A stretch of DNA of 63,581 nucleotides, filler included, from Octopus bimaculoides (lineage: Eukaryota), in NCBI RefSeq assembly GCF_001194135.2. It is 6 parts of 6 records of this genome, joined end to end, with 100 filler letters (N's around TTAATTAATTAA, not from the genome) between each part and the next. Parts side by side here need not be neighbours in the genome. Positions count along the whole stretch, not along the records: positions 1 to 13,839 come from NC_068996.1; 5 more parts are not named here. One strand, given 5' to 3'. The translations under genes were made by a program, and so were the position numbers. Under the pieces are notes generated by a model. It was not told where the DNA came from. It saw nothing but the letters and a program-made list of their open reading frames with translations, and searched no databases. Position 1 is the stretch's first letter, and the number at the start of each line of letters is the position of its first letter. Positions 1 to 13,141 of the stretch are shown in pieces.

Positions 1-565
1 TCCGTGTCCTTCGATTCTTTCAGCATCATCACCGTCCGTATCTTCCCTAGTTTGTATATTTCGACTATTGATGCTAGTGGTAACTGCAACGAGCCTCTTA
101 TACGATAAAGAGCTGAACTGTTCAACATCCGAGGTAGGCCTAGCCACTTTCTAATGAACACATTACATTTTTGTTCAATGATCTGAACTCGTGACAAGGC
201 TACCTCGTATATTAAGAGTGGCCACGAAAGTCGCGGGAACAAACCGAACTGCAAGCACTAAATTTTATAGTTACCTGGTAACTTCGAGTTATCAATCGCT
301 AATAATCCAGCTTCGGCTTGTTTCATGATTTCCATTCCGCGACTTCTATCTGACAATGTTCCAGCGTATACATGCCCCAAACTCTTGACGGGTTCTTCTT
401 TGAATGTTGGAATGCTTTATTTAGCCATTCGAAACTTAAATTCTTTTTGCACTCCCTTAACAAATGTCAGACTACGCGACTTTTTTTGCTCTAAATCGCA
501 TCCTTGACCACCTCACAAGTTCGTCTAATCTCAAGAGGGCATTCTGCATGACTTGTTTATCTGTA
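1..565 (-). mobile_element. Degenerate HERO-like (RLE-type) non-LTR retrotransposon fragment, post-RT region
   Basis: Minus-strand translation MQNALLRLDELVRWSRMRFRAK/KSRSLTFVKG...IPTFKEEPVKSLGHVY...LPGNYKI*CLQFGLFPRLSWPLLIYEV...IRKWLGLPRMLNSSALY...LQLPLASIVEIYK matches motifs I recall for HERO elements. It has a +1 frameshift in the T7 run at 481-487 and stops near 419 and 260. Confidence 0.75.
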
Positions 566-958
566 GCTAAAATTATATACAGAGAGATATAATTATTTAT
601 GGGAAACGTTTTGAATATGGAAATAAAACTCCTATTCCATTATACCAGCCACCGTCTAATGATGTTGACTAATGAGCCACTTTTTCGAGGTTTCAATAAA
701 TTGTACCAAGAACTAGCTTGACCTTCATACTGGTAAAATGGGATAAGCATCCCTCTGTTGCACATCAACTAATGCTATATCACCTGAAGAAATAAATCAA
801 TGATGATGATCAACCGGATACTCATGGATGATATGGACTACACTGTATCCATCACAGGTATACGGAGTGTGATCTTAAGAGCCATGTGATTTGTAGAAAC
901 GCGCATATCGATGCATTAAGTGTTTATAAATTCTGTCCAAGGATTATTGTCATTATTA

Positions 959-989
<31 letters not shown>

Positions 990-1072
990 NNNNNNNNNNN
1001 NNNNNTATATGTATGTATGTATGTATACACACAAAATTGAGAAACATGTATATAGGTATGTAAATATCTATC

Positions 1073-1111
<39 letters not shown>

Positions 1112-3245
1112 ATAAATGTATACGTGTGTATTGTGCATTTATATCCTGGATATACTTACATGTAGACATACGCACGCACCCCCCCCCCACACACACATAC
1201 ACACATGTTTAATCATATTGACTGAAAATGCATTCAGTAAGTGTATGTAGAGAATAAAGTTTATTTCTACAAAGAAAATGTTGACATTAAACGATGTCGA
1301 TTTTATATAAGTGCGCATACACACACGCATGCGCGCGTATGCATATGCATACACACAAGCACGCAGATACACACAAATATACAAGCACATTAATACACAC
1401 ATCGTGTATACGTACACAAACACACATACGCACACATTTACAGACATAGATGTATGTATGTCATACGCTTGTGTGTGTATGCACGTACGTGTTTATGTGT
1501 ATTTACAAATGCGTGTAGGTATGAATACTTTTACGTATGCATGTATTTGTGTTTATATGAATGCGATGGTGTTGATCTAGTTGTATCTGTATATGTGTAT
1601 AAGAATGAGCGTTTGTGTAATAGTGTGTATATGTGTGTGTAGTGGGATTGATTTCTTGCAACTCAGAACAGAGAGGATACTGATAAGATGATTAAAGTAT
1701 GAAAATATTTGGGGTGATGTCTTCAAGACAGAAACAGCATCAAATATAGACCGCCTAAGAACACGAATATATTCCTTTCAGAGAACGAAAGAAATTATCC
1801 AACGTACAAACAAGGAAGCAAGCAACCAACCTAACAAACAAACAAAGAAATGCAAGAACGAACGAATGAAACAAAGAATTGAAATTGAAGAAACAGCTTT
1901 AGAATATATAAAGGTATATAAAATATCAAAATACTGATTTACTTATTTTTCTCGGTTACTGACACCGCCAATCCTCTGATTTATAATCGCTGATAAATGC
2001 GAAGTTAATGACAAATAAAGACTATTACACAATAGCTATTAAAATAAGAAACTAAGGCGTTGTAAAAGGAAGAGCCAATATGCTAAGAGGTTATCGATCA
2101 AAGGTATTCTAACCATAACCATTCCTCCTTTTTCTAGGGCTACGAGGAGCTATATTAACTAATGTATTCTGTAAAGATGTAATACGGTATAGTGCTATTT
2201 GAGGGATAGTTCATTGCAACTATTCTCTCTAGCAGGTCGAGCGACATTTATTTGTTCATGTTTCGAAAATTTGTTCATAACAGCAGTCATCTGTAGATCT
2301 ACTGTATTGTTCGTATTATTTTATGCCTTACTTCATGTAATAAGAGGAAGTCAGAAGATAAAATCTGAATTTTGTAGAAGCCGAAATTCATCGTCTCTAA
2401 TAAATCAGATATCAGTTAATTCAGTCGTTCACATCTTTTAATCTAATACAAACCCCAATGCTTGATTGCATTAATCCAATATTTTGGGAGATTTTTTGTC
2501 GACCCTTCCCCATAGACTATGGTAATAACAATGATCCATAATCCAAGGAGATGCTTTCTGTAGTATCATTAGGACTATTGGAAATAATAACCAAATCTCC
2601 CTTACATGAAATCTACATCATCTTGAGGAAGGAGTGACACATTAAACAACATAATCTTGGAAATAGTGCTTGATAAAGACAGAGTGGTTACAGCTGGAAT
2701 ACATTGATCATAGACTACCCATTGAATGCTTATTTTGGGTAAATCACCATCAACAAGAAGAGTAACATCTTAGACATAGACTCATACTTATCCACATATG
2801 TAGGAGAAAAGGAACAGTTCGTTTAATTCGAACCAATACGTTACTGGTGCTTCTCTACATATTTTCCTAGTTCTGAATGTATGCTTGACTTTACTTGCAT
2901 TGCAGTCTCTACGCTTCGAGCAATACATTTTAGTATTTCTTATAAAAATTAGCTTGAATGGTTAAATAAATAAAATAATTATTTAAGACTGCTTAACATT
3001 TTATATTGTCATGTTGTTATTTATTGCATGTTATTTATTTATCTTATTTATTCTAGAGAGAAATAGCTGTTAGATATACAATCTATGGCGGTATTTCTAC
3101 AAGAGGCGATTTAAATAAGTACCAAATGATATTTATCAATATATTACTTAAAGCTTTTAAACTCTGAATTCAAAGTTTTTATCTTTTTATAACTTTTAGG
3201 TGAGTACTTTGTATGACTGAACGGCAATATTTTAGAGGGCAATGA

Positions 3246-3440
3246 AGGAGGTGAGCTGGCAGAACCGTTACCGCATTGGGCAGAAATCTTTACATTGTGA
3301 GTTCAAATTCCGCCGAGGTCGACTTTACCTTTCATTCTTTCGGGATCGATGAAATAAGTACCAGTTGAGCACCGGCGTTGATGTAATCGACTTTTCCCTT
3401 TCCCCGAAAATACTGGCGTTGTGACAAAATTTGAAACCAG
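3246..3440 (+). mobile_element. tRNA-derived SINE, family A (GGCGAGCTGGCAGAA head; GAGTTCAAATTCCGCC B-box)
   Basis: A-box/B-box-like head. The same sequence recurs across the window (e.g. ~20580-20995, 21385-21560, 22370-22530, 23220-23720, 29630-29840, 31020-31250, 31770-31980, 50725-50935, 54200-54405), often with (AAT)n tails. Confidence 0.75.
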
Positions 3441-4519
3441 TATTTTAGAGAACAAAGCCAAAGATCAAGGATGTGTATCCTGTCACTTATTAATAAATTA
3501 ACACCAGGACAACCAGGAAATTGATAGATGCGGTGTCAATCGAAACAAATCTGTTTATTGCAACAGAAAATTAAATTAAAAAATCTAGATCATTTTGTTT
3601 AGGAAATATTCTTTAACATATTTTAGAGAATGTATAAGAACGAACGCAACGCAAAATTTTAATTTCCCAATTTGCCCGCTTAAATTTCATTGTCATTTTA
3701 CCTTCATAGTACAGCGTCACTTGTCTTCGGATTTCATAACTAATAAGTAAGACTCAATCTGCTTAAACGTCCTTGATTTAGAAAATATAGCTACTGCAAT
3801 GACATACTTGGAAAGTATTCAATTCGCAGTCCTTTTGCGGATCAGTGACTGTAAAACATAAGCAACGGTTTTTCTTTGTTTTCTTTGTTTTCCTTTTCTT
3901 TAATAGAAACTTCCTGAGCCATATTGAACTAACGGTAGCTTATATTGGACTTCATACGTCTGGAGTTCAGGTTTTGTTAATAGAAGTGAATTATTTGCCA
4001 GTGTGGCTGAAAAACATTCGAATTAAATTGCTTAAGGTTTCATATCTAATTTAAAAAAAAATATTTTACGTTATATTAACTGTACATTATAACTTCCAGA
4101 TGTCTTTAGATTATCTCATTCAACCTTTAAACTGTACACTTTCAGATTTTTTTGTGTCCTTTTTATATTTTACTTTCTTGTCTTCATTCATCTATATCGG
4201 CTGCATATCTTGTCAGACTTTGCTATTTGTTCACTATATTTTGCTGATTGTTTTTGTTGATTTTCTGCCGCTTTTATATATATATATATATTTTTTACAT
4301 TTTGTAATTTTTTCTATCGTTAGCTCTTTTCTACCAAGTAAAAACAACTAAGCATAAGTTTGCTTAATCCTAGAACATGGCATTCTACAGAACATTATCC
4401 AATTAAGATGCTATCTGGGAAACCTCTCTTTCCCCTATTTATTATGAAGAAAATGCCTAAAAGCTACCCTCGTTTTCTTACAGATGTCTCTCGTGCTTGG
4501 CAGGCAGTTAAATAGAGAT

Positions 4520-4567
4520 TAAAAGAAAATGACAGTAACAATACATAAATAAGGAATGAAAGGACTG

Positions 4568-4624
<57 letters not shown>

Positions 4625-4900
4625 CGACGACGACAACGATGATGATGATAGCGACTACTATTACTACGATGACGGTTAAGATGCTTGCTATGAGAAATGA
4701 CCATGAAGAATGTGATGGTGAATATAATGATAATGAACACAATGATGATGGCAAAAACTAATAGGCTGCTGCTGCTACTACTACTACGGATGCTGCTTTT
4801 TCTGCTGCTACTGATAATCCTGAGAATAATGAGGATTAAGTTGAAAATGATAATGATAATGGTAGTAACGGTTAGGATGTTGGTGTTTAGTTGCATATGT
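4520..4900. repeat. Compound trinucleotide microsatellite (GAT/GAC/GCT/AAT)
   Basis: Pure (GAT)n at about 4568-4623 decaying into related triplets; source of the poly-M/poly-H/poly-I ORFs. Confidence 0.9.
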
Positions 4901-6478
4901 ACTCAGAACAATCAGGCATATACATCAAAGATATAGCAGCTATGGCCAATTAGTCTGTTTAGGGGAATTCAAGACTACATTAGCTCATGTGATATTTCCT
5001 TATTTAAGATTGTAAGTTTTGATTTGTCTATTTCTTCTAGAAGATCTGGCGACGACGTAGAGGCTGGCTATATTGGTTGCAGGTAATGCTTCTGCTGTTG
5101 ACAACAATATGTAAATGACTAGCATATAATAACATGATTAAAGCATATAGATGAAAATAATCAAATTCAGTAGTAAAAAGCTATAAAAATATAATTAACT
5201 GAAGCTGTTTAGGCGTCAAATATTTATAGGTAATAAAAATGGAGTTTTACAGACAAAAAAGTTTAAACAGACAAAATATATTACGGGTTTTATTGTATAG
5301 ACTCTTAGAATAATAATATTTAAAGCTGAAAACAATAAGAACGAATTTAGAAAATAGGTAATTGAAACTACATTTTGAAACAGAATGATGTAGCATTTCT
5401 GCAATCACTATTTGTCTCACAAAAATTTAAACATTGGATTTTGTTTTTATTCTACCCAAATGTCTTGCTAGATATTACAGGTGACAGACATGCAATTTGA
5501 TATTCATGTTTCTTCTAATTGAATTAGTGATGTAAAGTTTAAGTGATTTCACTTTTTAACCCGAGTTTAGTTTTCTTTTACTGGATATTCAATTACTCAG
5601 CAACAGGAGAATTTTTACCTTGTTTGAAAGAAGAGAATGAGAAAATTTTCATTCGTTCTTAAAGTGCATTAGTGATATATAAATTGGTATTATAAGCAAC
5701 ACACTGTAAATGGAAATACATACCATTCAAAAAGCAACAATCTAATTTAAAACGTTTTTTTTTTATGCATTGAGAACAGAAAATAGAAAAATAACATACA
5801 TCCATTAATACAGTCCAAAATAGAAAAAAATAATAAAAAAATAAGCAACCACGCTCCCCAAAACACAAACAAGAACAAAAAAAGTAACTGAATCTGTGAA
5901 TAAAATAGATAAGTTTATTAAGATATACTTGTCAATCCAAATGAGACAAATAGTTACATGCTCACTCTCCATATAATAATTGAATGTATGTTATCTTGAG
6001 AAAGGAAATACACCACGCTATTCCGGAAAAAAGAAACAATAAAAAGTATTGTCAAATTTATCACGAACACTCAGTGTATATATATTGTGAAGCGGTGGTG
6101 AGGGACAAACATAGATGCAAAGACACAAACACACACACATACATATACAAGCACACACACATATATATATATCACATACACACTCTCACATACACACGCA
6201 CGCGCACCTTCGTTTTGGGATCACCACTATTTCATTATCTCCCCTTCTTCCTAGCTCTCCTGTATGACCCCTCTGTCTGGCATTCGCCATGGTAGATCGT
6301 TAGCCACTAAACCTTTTTCTATTTTCTCTTCCTGTTTATTTCTGTGTTCCTTTCTGTTGAAGAGCGTAGGCTCAAAACGTAAAAGACTTTCTCACGTCCC
6401 GAGCGTTAAACTAATACATCTGTTTTTTGTTTACACACCCATCTTCGTCTTTTCTTTTTTTTTTGTAAATTCTCGCTA

Positions 6479-6514
<36 letters not shown>

Positions 6515-6517
6515 CCC

Positions 6518-6558
<41 letters not shown>

Positions 6559-6792
6559 CATACAAACACACTATGGTGTGACTGAAACAAGTAAAAGAAT
6601 AATATATATATATATGTGTGTGTGTTACTTGTTTCGGCCCAACGCTATAGTAGAAGACATTTATCCAAGATGCCACGTAGTGGGACTGAACCCGGAACCA
6701 TGTGGTTGGGAAGCAAGCTTCTTATCACACACCCACAACAGCGCCTCTATATACATCATATAAATATGTACACACACACATACACATATATA

Positions 6793-7203
6793 TATTCTTT
6801 TATTCTTTTACATGTTTCAGTCATTTGACTGCAGCCATGCTGGAACATCGCTTTATTTGAGCAAATCGACCCCCAAACTTATTCTTTGTAAGTCTAGTAC
6901 TTTTTCTATGTGTGTTTTTTGCCGGACCGCTAAGTTACGGGGATGTAAACACACCAGCGTCGGTTGTCAAGTGATATGGGGGGGGGGGGCAAACACAGAT
7001 ATAGAAATATACACACACGCACACGCACACACACATATACACACAGGCTTCTTTCAGTTTCCGTCCACCAAATCCACTCGCAAGGCTTTGATCGACCCGA
7101 GGCTATAGTAGAAGACACTTGGCCAAGGTGCCTCGCAGTGGGACTGAACCCGGAACCATATGGTTGGGAAGCAAGCTCCTCCCCACGCGACCATGCTGCG
7201 CCT
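6793..7203 (-). mobile_element. tRNA-derived SINE, family B (GGCGCAGGAGTGGCTGTGTGG head), near full length
   Basis: Reverse complement of the family seen at 28257, 36746 and 55350: GGTTCAGTCCC B-box, CCTTGGGCAAGTGTCTTC core, 3' end GACTGAAACAAGTAAAAGA. A partial copy lies at about 6579-6746. Confidence 0.8.
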
Positions 7204-7345
7204 ATATATATATAAGAAAAAAAAAGTTCGAATAGAACAATTCAAACTTTTTGAGGAATCCAAAAAGAGAGAAAATAATTTCCAAAACAATTTATCATAT
7301 TCATAAAAATCAGCCAATGCAAGTAGTAAGAATATGAAAATAACA

Positions 7346-7929
7346 ATTGAAAAAGTTCGTTATAGGTATAAAGATATTGAATCAATTATAAAAACGGAGA
7401 AAAGATGCTAAAATATCAAAATTGGATTTAATACAAACGAACGTTACAAAAGACAATATAATATATATGTAAGAATAAATTATAATGATAGTAATTATAA
7501 TTAAAGTTATGTGTTGTTGTTTTCATCAGTGTGAAGAATTTAAGGAAGAACATCAAAAAAGTTATTAATAAAAGTCAATAAGGAAAAGCAAATGGGGTAA
7601 GAGGGAAAATTCAAGCGAATATTTACAAATAAGTTGTAAAAGGGAAAAATAATAAGAGAGACGAATAAGAAAGACATATTAAAGTGTATGCAAGTCTATT
7701 TGTGCAAAAAAATCCATAACTTTTTTGATGTTCTTCCTTAAATTCTTCACACTGATGAGAATGACAATACATAATTTTAATTATAATTATTATTATAATT
7801 TTTTCTTACATATTTATATTGTCTTTTGAAACGTTCGTATGTATTAAATCCAATTTTGATTTTTAACACATTTTCTCCATTTTTATACTTGTTTATGATA
7901 TCTTTACACCTATAACAAACTTTTTCAAT
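7346..7929. repeat. Long imperfect inverted repeat A (arms 7346-7565 and 7716-7929, ~150 bp spacer)
   Basis: The arms are reverse complements, e.g. gtgaagaatttaaggaagaacatcaaaaaagttat / ataacttttttgatgttcttccttaaattcttcac. Confidence 0.9.
7749..7842 (+). ncRNA. Putative type I hammerhead ribozyme with long stem II (right arm of IR A)
   Basis: aca-CTGATGA-gaatgacaata...tattgtctttt-GAAA-cgttcg-TA|tgt: intact core and a GUA cleavage triplet, but stem I is only about 3 bp. Confidence 0.55.
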
Positions 7930-9604
7930 CATATATATATATATGTGTGTGTGTGTAGTATAAACATATATATTTATGTATATATATACACACATATATA
8001 TCCATATATATGTGTGTATATGTGTGTGTGTATTTGTAGACATACAAGCACACGCACATGTATAAAAGGATGATTTTTAGTTGTATTTTCTAGTGTTATT
8101 TTAAAGACCATAACTCACCACCGCCTTACTTAATTTTAAAAACTATGAAAGGGAAATCATAATAGAAGCATTTGTAGATATTTCTGGAAATCTAATTCCC
8201 ACTGAAACAATTAGTAGTAGCAGTAGCAAAACAATTCTGAAACAGAGAAAAACAATATCATAGTAATGCTGAGTGAATTCTCGAAGAAGATTCTTTAAAT
8301 ATAGTCTATAAATCCAGGTCAGCTGAACAAGCCTAACAAACAAGCAATTCCTGGAACCTTGAGAACGATTCTCATACCAAAATGAAGAGCAGGATATCTT
8401 GAGCTTACATCATGTTACACACTGAGGGCTATGATTTTGTGATCCAAGTTCACGAGAGAGCTACGAACCCCCTTAAGTTATGTTGATTTTAAATATTAAC
8501 TTTGAAAAGCTGGAGCTTTCAGTTGAAAAGAAAGAGACCATGAAATACATACCCAAGGAAATTCAATTTGTAAGCAGAAAAGTAAGAAAATCTGTAAGAA
8601 TATCGTTAGTAGTATGTTGTATGATTACAAGCAAATTTAACGAAAGCATGTAACGAAAGAAATCTAGTAACATGAAACCAAATAGGTTACATACCGACTT
8701 ACATAATCATAATGTTCTCAGTGAATCGAAATTTACCATTTTTTTTTAAAGAAAGGAATCAAAAAGCTACAGGTGTTTCTTAGCGATTCTCAAGGAAAAT
8801 GTGTTGAAAAGAGAGAGACATATACTGTAGTGATACAGAGAGAAAGTGAGAGGAAAAAATAAGTTATGTGTAGGTGTGAACGTATGTCTGTGTGCTTAAA
8901 GAGGTACATGAATGGATTCAACCGCTATATTTGTATGTTTATGAGTTTGTGTATTTATGTGTGTATGTGTGTATGTATGTGTGTATGTATGTGTGTATGT
9001 ATGTGTGTATGTGTTTGTATGTGTGCGTGCGTTTATGTGTGTATGTATGTATGTATGTATGTAGTATGTGGGAATGCAGATAGATAGACAGATAACAGAT
9101 GCTATGATTCTCTTTTGCTTTACATACAACTTTATAAGATCCAAAGTGCAGAAGAACATGGGGAGGGAAACGCATATTTAACAGCTCTGGTGGCAGACAA
9201 TGGTTACAACAGAATCCCAGCTTCAATCGTCTACGTCTCCTTGCCAGTGGGTCTTACTAATAACAGCAAGGTAACTTAGTATCACTGCTTGTTGGAGAAA
9301 CGAACATGAAATATGTTTTCCAAACTCAACTAAACCGCGTAGAAGCACACTCAGGCTCCATAACTAAAATGGTTGCTAATGATACTGAATCTTCACCCTG
9401 GAATAGATGATAACGACAATATATTTTCACCAATATCCTGAAACATTATTTATTGGGAATAATAATCGCTTATCTATGAAAGAAGCCGAAAGTTGACTAA
9501 ACAGAATATGCATGTAAATATGTTTGTGTATATATGGATATTTTTATGTATTCATATGATAATTACATAGGTAGACGCGGATGTTGCCTACATATCTACC
9601 TACA

Positions 9605-9713
<109 letters not shown>

Positions 9714-10078
9714 CACTGTCTGTCTGTCTGTCTTTCTGTCTGTCTACTTATCTCTCTGTCTCTCTCTCTCTCTGTCTCTCTCTCTCTCTATCTATTTATC
9801 TATCAGTCTGTCTATCTGTCTTCTGCCCGTCTACATATACATATAAATACATATATTATTTGTATATATTTATGCTAAGCGTTCAGTGCATGAATATGCG
9901 TACGCGCATGCTATGTAGGCAATATATATATTTGTATACGGTATTGTGGTATGTAAAAGCGTATATATACATATGAACAATTGTATTATATATATATATA
10001 TATATATATAGATGCAGATATACATAGGCATATATATGTATATATATGTATATATATATATAAATGTAAATATACATA

Positions 10079-10110
<32 letters not shown>

Positions 10111-10794
10111 NNNNNNNNNNNNNNNNNNNNNNNNNNNNNNNNNNNNNNNNNNNNNNNNNNNNNNNNNNNNNNNNNNNNNNNNNNNNNNNNNNNNNNNNNN
10201 NNNNNNNNNNNNNNNNNNNNNNNNNNNNNNNNNNNNNNNNNNNNNNNNNNNNNNNNNNNNNNNNNNNNNNNNNNNNNNNNNNNNNNNNNNNNNNNNNNNN
10301 NNNNNNNNNNNNNNNNNNNNNNNNNNNNNNNNNNNNNNNNNNNNNNNNNNNNNNNNNNNNNNNNNNNNNNNNNNNNNNNNNNNNNNNNNNNNNNNNNNNN
10401 NNNNNNNNNNNNNNNNNNNNNNNNNNNNNNNNNNNNNNNNNNNNNNNNNNNNNNNNNNNNNNNNNNNNNNNNNNNNNNNNNNNNNNNNNNNNNNTATATA
10501 TATATATATACATATATATACACAAACACACACATATGTGATATATAGGAATATATTTTGTCATGTATATATGCATTGGTATGCTATTCATGAATGAGAA
10601 TATAAGCTATATTTTCTTCATATATATGTATATATATTTATATTTCTACACAACATATACATATAAACACATACATTCATACACACATATACACATATAC
10701 ATACATATATATGTGTATATATATTCATAAATTTATATATACATGCATACACACTCACACACACGCATATAAGCACATACATATCTGTACAATT

Positions 10795-10853
10795 CCCGCC
10801 CTTTTCCACTACCATTGCCAGTATTTCTGACAATGGTAGTGGAAAAGGGCGGG
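10795..10853. repeat. Near-perfect 27-bp hairpin with 5-nt loop
   Basis: cccgcccttttccactaccattgccag-tattt-ctgacaatggtagtggaaaagggcggg; one mismatch. Confidence 0.9.
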
Positions 10854-11290
10854 TATAGGCGGCTGGAAAAAAAAATCAAACACTAATTTTAAAAATCAAT
10901 GACAAAATAAGACAAAATGGGAATGGAAACAAAAACAGTAGCTAAAGAGAGTGAGAAAATAATATATACAACTAACAGATTTACCTGCATCTGTCTTAGG
11001 CAGCGCCAACGTTTGACGCCAAACAGAATTATACAATTGCTTTTAGTTTTAAGGACTTATACGTATTCTTAGAAAATAACACTTGAATCAATTTTGTAAA
11101 CTCTAGTGTATCCTCTCAAAAACGAATTGCCCGTTCTTTTAAGTCTTGGACTTGTAATCCTAAATAGCATACTTATAATTTGACTTCTAAATAGGAATGT
11201 AACGTTTACAGTGACAAATATTACTGCAATGTATTCTAATTTAATAGCAGACAATTATGACTTTTAAAAGTGATGTCCAAACTGGAAGAC

Positions 11291-11321
<31 letters not shown>

Positions 11322-12640
11322 CCTGTGATTGTGTGTGTGTGTCTGTGTGTGTGTTTGTGAATGTGTGTGTGTGTGTGTGTTTGTGAATGTGTGTGTGTGT
11401 GTCTGTGTGCGTGTGTGTGTGTGTGTTAGTTTGCTTGTGCGTGAATGCGTGTCAGTATGCATATTTGTATAGGTGTATATGAATGTACATGTGAACACAC
11501 GCATACACACAAACACACACACATGAACGTGATGTGCAAATGGGAGACGTGTGTTTGTGCATCAACATATATACTTATATAACTGCGTAAATACTTGTGA
11601 CACACACGTGCGCGCGTGCACACATAGATTCATATACATATGCATGTGTATTTGTATGTATAAACACATAAGCACTATTATACATTCTACACGCAGTTGT
11701 ATGTGTGTATGTACAATGTACATAATTCCATGAAAATTAAGAACAGATGTAAATGCTTTCTCAATTGCCTCAAGTGATTGATAGGTAAACTATTACTACA
11801 ATTAATAGCAGTAATACGTTTGTTGCCAGTTATTCTGCGTTTATATCTATGAAAACCAAAGAGATATGTACTTTGAACAAATAATGAAGAAGGGTCATCA
11901 CGAACTGAAATCTGAAATCAGTGACCTAACATATGAACCATTATCTGAATTGAACATTTCTAAATAATATTTCTACATTAGAAAATGATGGATTAACTTT
12001 ACCGTTAAGTTTAGAAGTTGGCATTCTTTTTCAAGCAAGCTACATTTAATTCGAATTTCTGCGACGAAAGATTTCGAAAAACTGCAGGTATATGTTTGTG
12101 TACTATGGTAATGTGCTAATTGATAAATATTAGATGCTGCAAATAGGTAATTGAACAGGTGCATGATTAAACGTCTGTAAGTGTGTCAAACATTTTCACA
12201 TTTAGCAAGAAAATTATAACGAAAAATGGAGGACTATATATTTAAACTATGCATATCATGTTAAGAACCTCTGAAATATTATATAGCCAATAATGGTAGT
12301 AAAGGTACATTTGAACATAACTTAGTAGTCTGATATTCAAGTAAGTGTACTTCGAATTTTAGATGAATAGCTGTAGCGGTTAGGTTTGGTTAATCATAAC
12401 GAATACAACTATTCTGAAGGCGTATTCAATCAAGTTAAATTTATTTCAAGGACGAGAGAAATTTTGTACAACAGGAAAAAAAAAAAAACTTTAGATTTTG
12501 TACAAAAAATTTATTAGATTTTCAACGCTACTTCTTACAGCATATTACAAATTGTCAGGATGATCACATGCAATAAACTGTCGTGTCTATAAACCTAACG
12601 ACATACCTGCATTTAATTCGAATTAATGGTCCGAAAGTGC

Positions 12641-12682
<42 letters not shown>

Positions 12683-12773
12683 AGTGATTCGTGATAGAAA
12701 ATTCAACAAAAATGTACTCCATCTGATAAGAGATAAATGTTATTTATTTATAGGTCATGATACACGCATTAAA

Positions 12774-12826
12774 GCGCTACTAATAGTTTCATGTGTTGAG
12801 AAAACTCAAACATATTCTTCAGGCGC
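12774..12826 (-). ncRNA. Minimal type I hammerhead ribozyme, canonical core
   Basis: The minus strand reads GCGC-CUGAAGA-AUAUGUUUGAG-UUUU-CUCAACACAU-GAAA-CUAUUAG-UA|GCGC. All conserved core nucleotides are present, stems I-III can pair, and the site is GUA. Confidence 0.8.
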
Positions 12827-13141
12827 AAACCACATATCATAACGAACAAAAGAAATTGAATAATAGAAGACACGCGAAAAAACTGAGAAAACGCAGAAAG
12901 TAAACAATGGAAACGAAAATCAGAAACTATAATGTAAAAGATAAAAAGAAAAAAGTTAAAAGAGCTATCCTCCATAGACCTTAAATCATAAAGCTGGAAA
13001 AATATACACGTAAATACAAACATATGTGCATATATATATATATATGCACATATGTTTGNNNNNNNNNNNNNNNNNNNNNNNNNNNNNNNNNNNNNNNNNN
13101 NNNNNNNNNNNNNNNNNNNNNNNATATATATATATATATAT

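Noticed and set aside
886-1642. ORFs rich in YI, HT, CV or poly-M/H/I/S, and ORFs reading through N (here and throughout the track)
   Set aside because: They are translations of (TA)n, (CA)n, (GAT)n, (AAT)n or gaps.
4100-4351. Hydrophobic ORFs (also 3845-4054) as the AUP1 membrane N-terminus
   Set aside because: Hydrophobicity is explained by T-rich composition; only a YIGLH pentapeptide matches.
6353-6425. ctgttgaagagcgtaggctcaaaacgt...acgtc hammerhead-like motif
   Set aside because: Both core halves deviate and no stem I can be drawn; it may be a decayed relative but is not supportable alone.
6578-7215. Recurring ORFs such as IVEDTCPRCHAVGLNPEPCGW and PDGYTRLQSDLAEFLQLDALPNANH
   Set aside because: Chance frames of SINE family B and of the antisense RTE 3' end; recurrence reflects repeat copy number.
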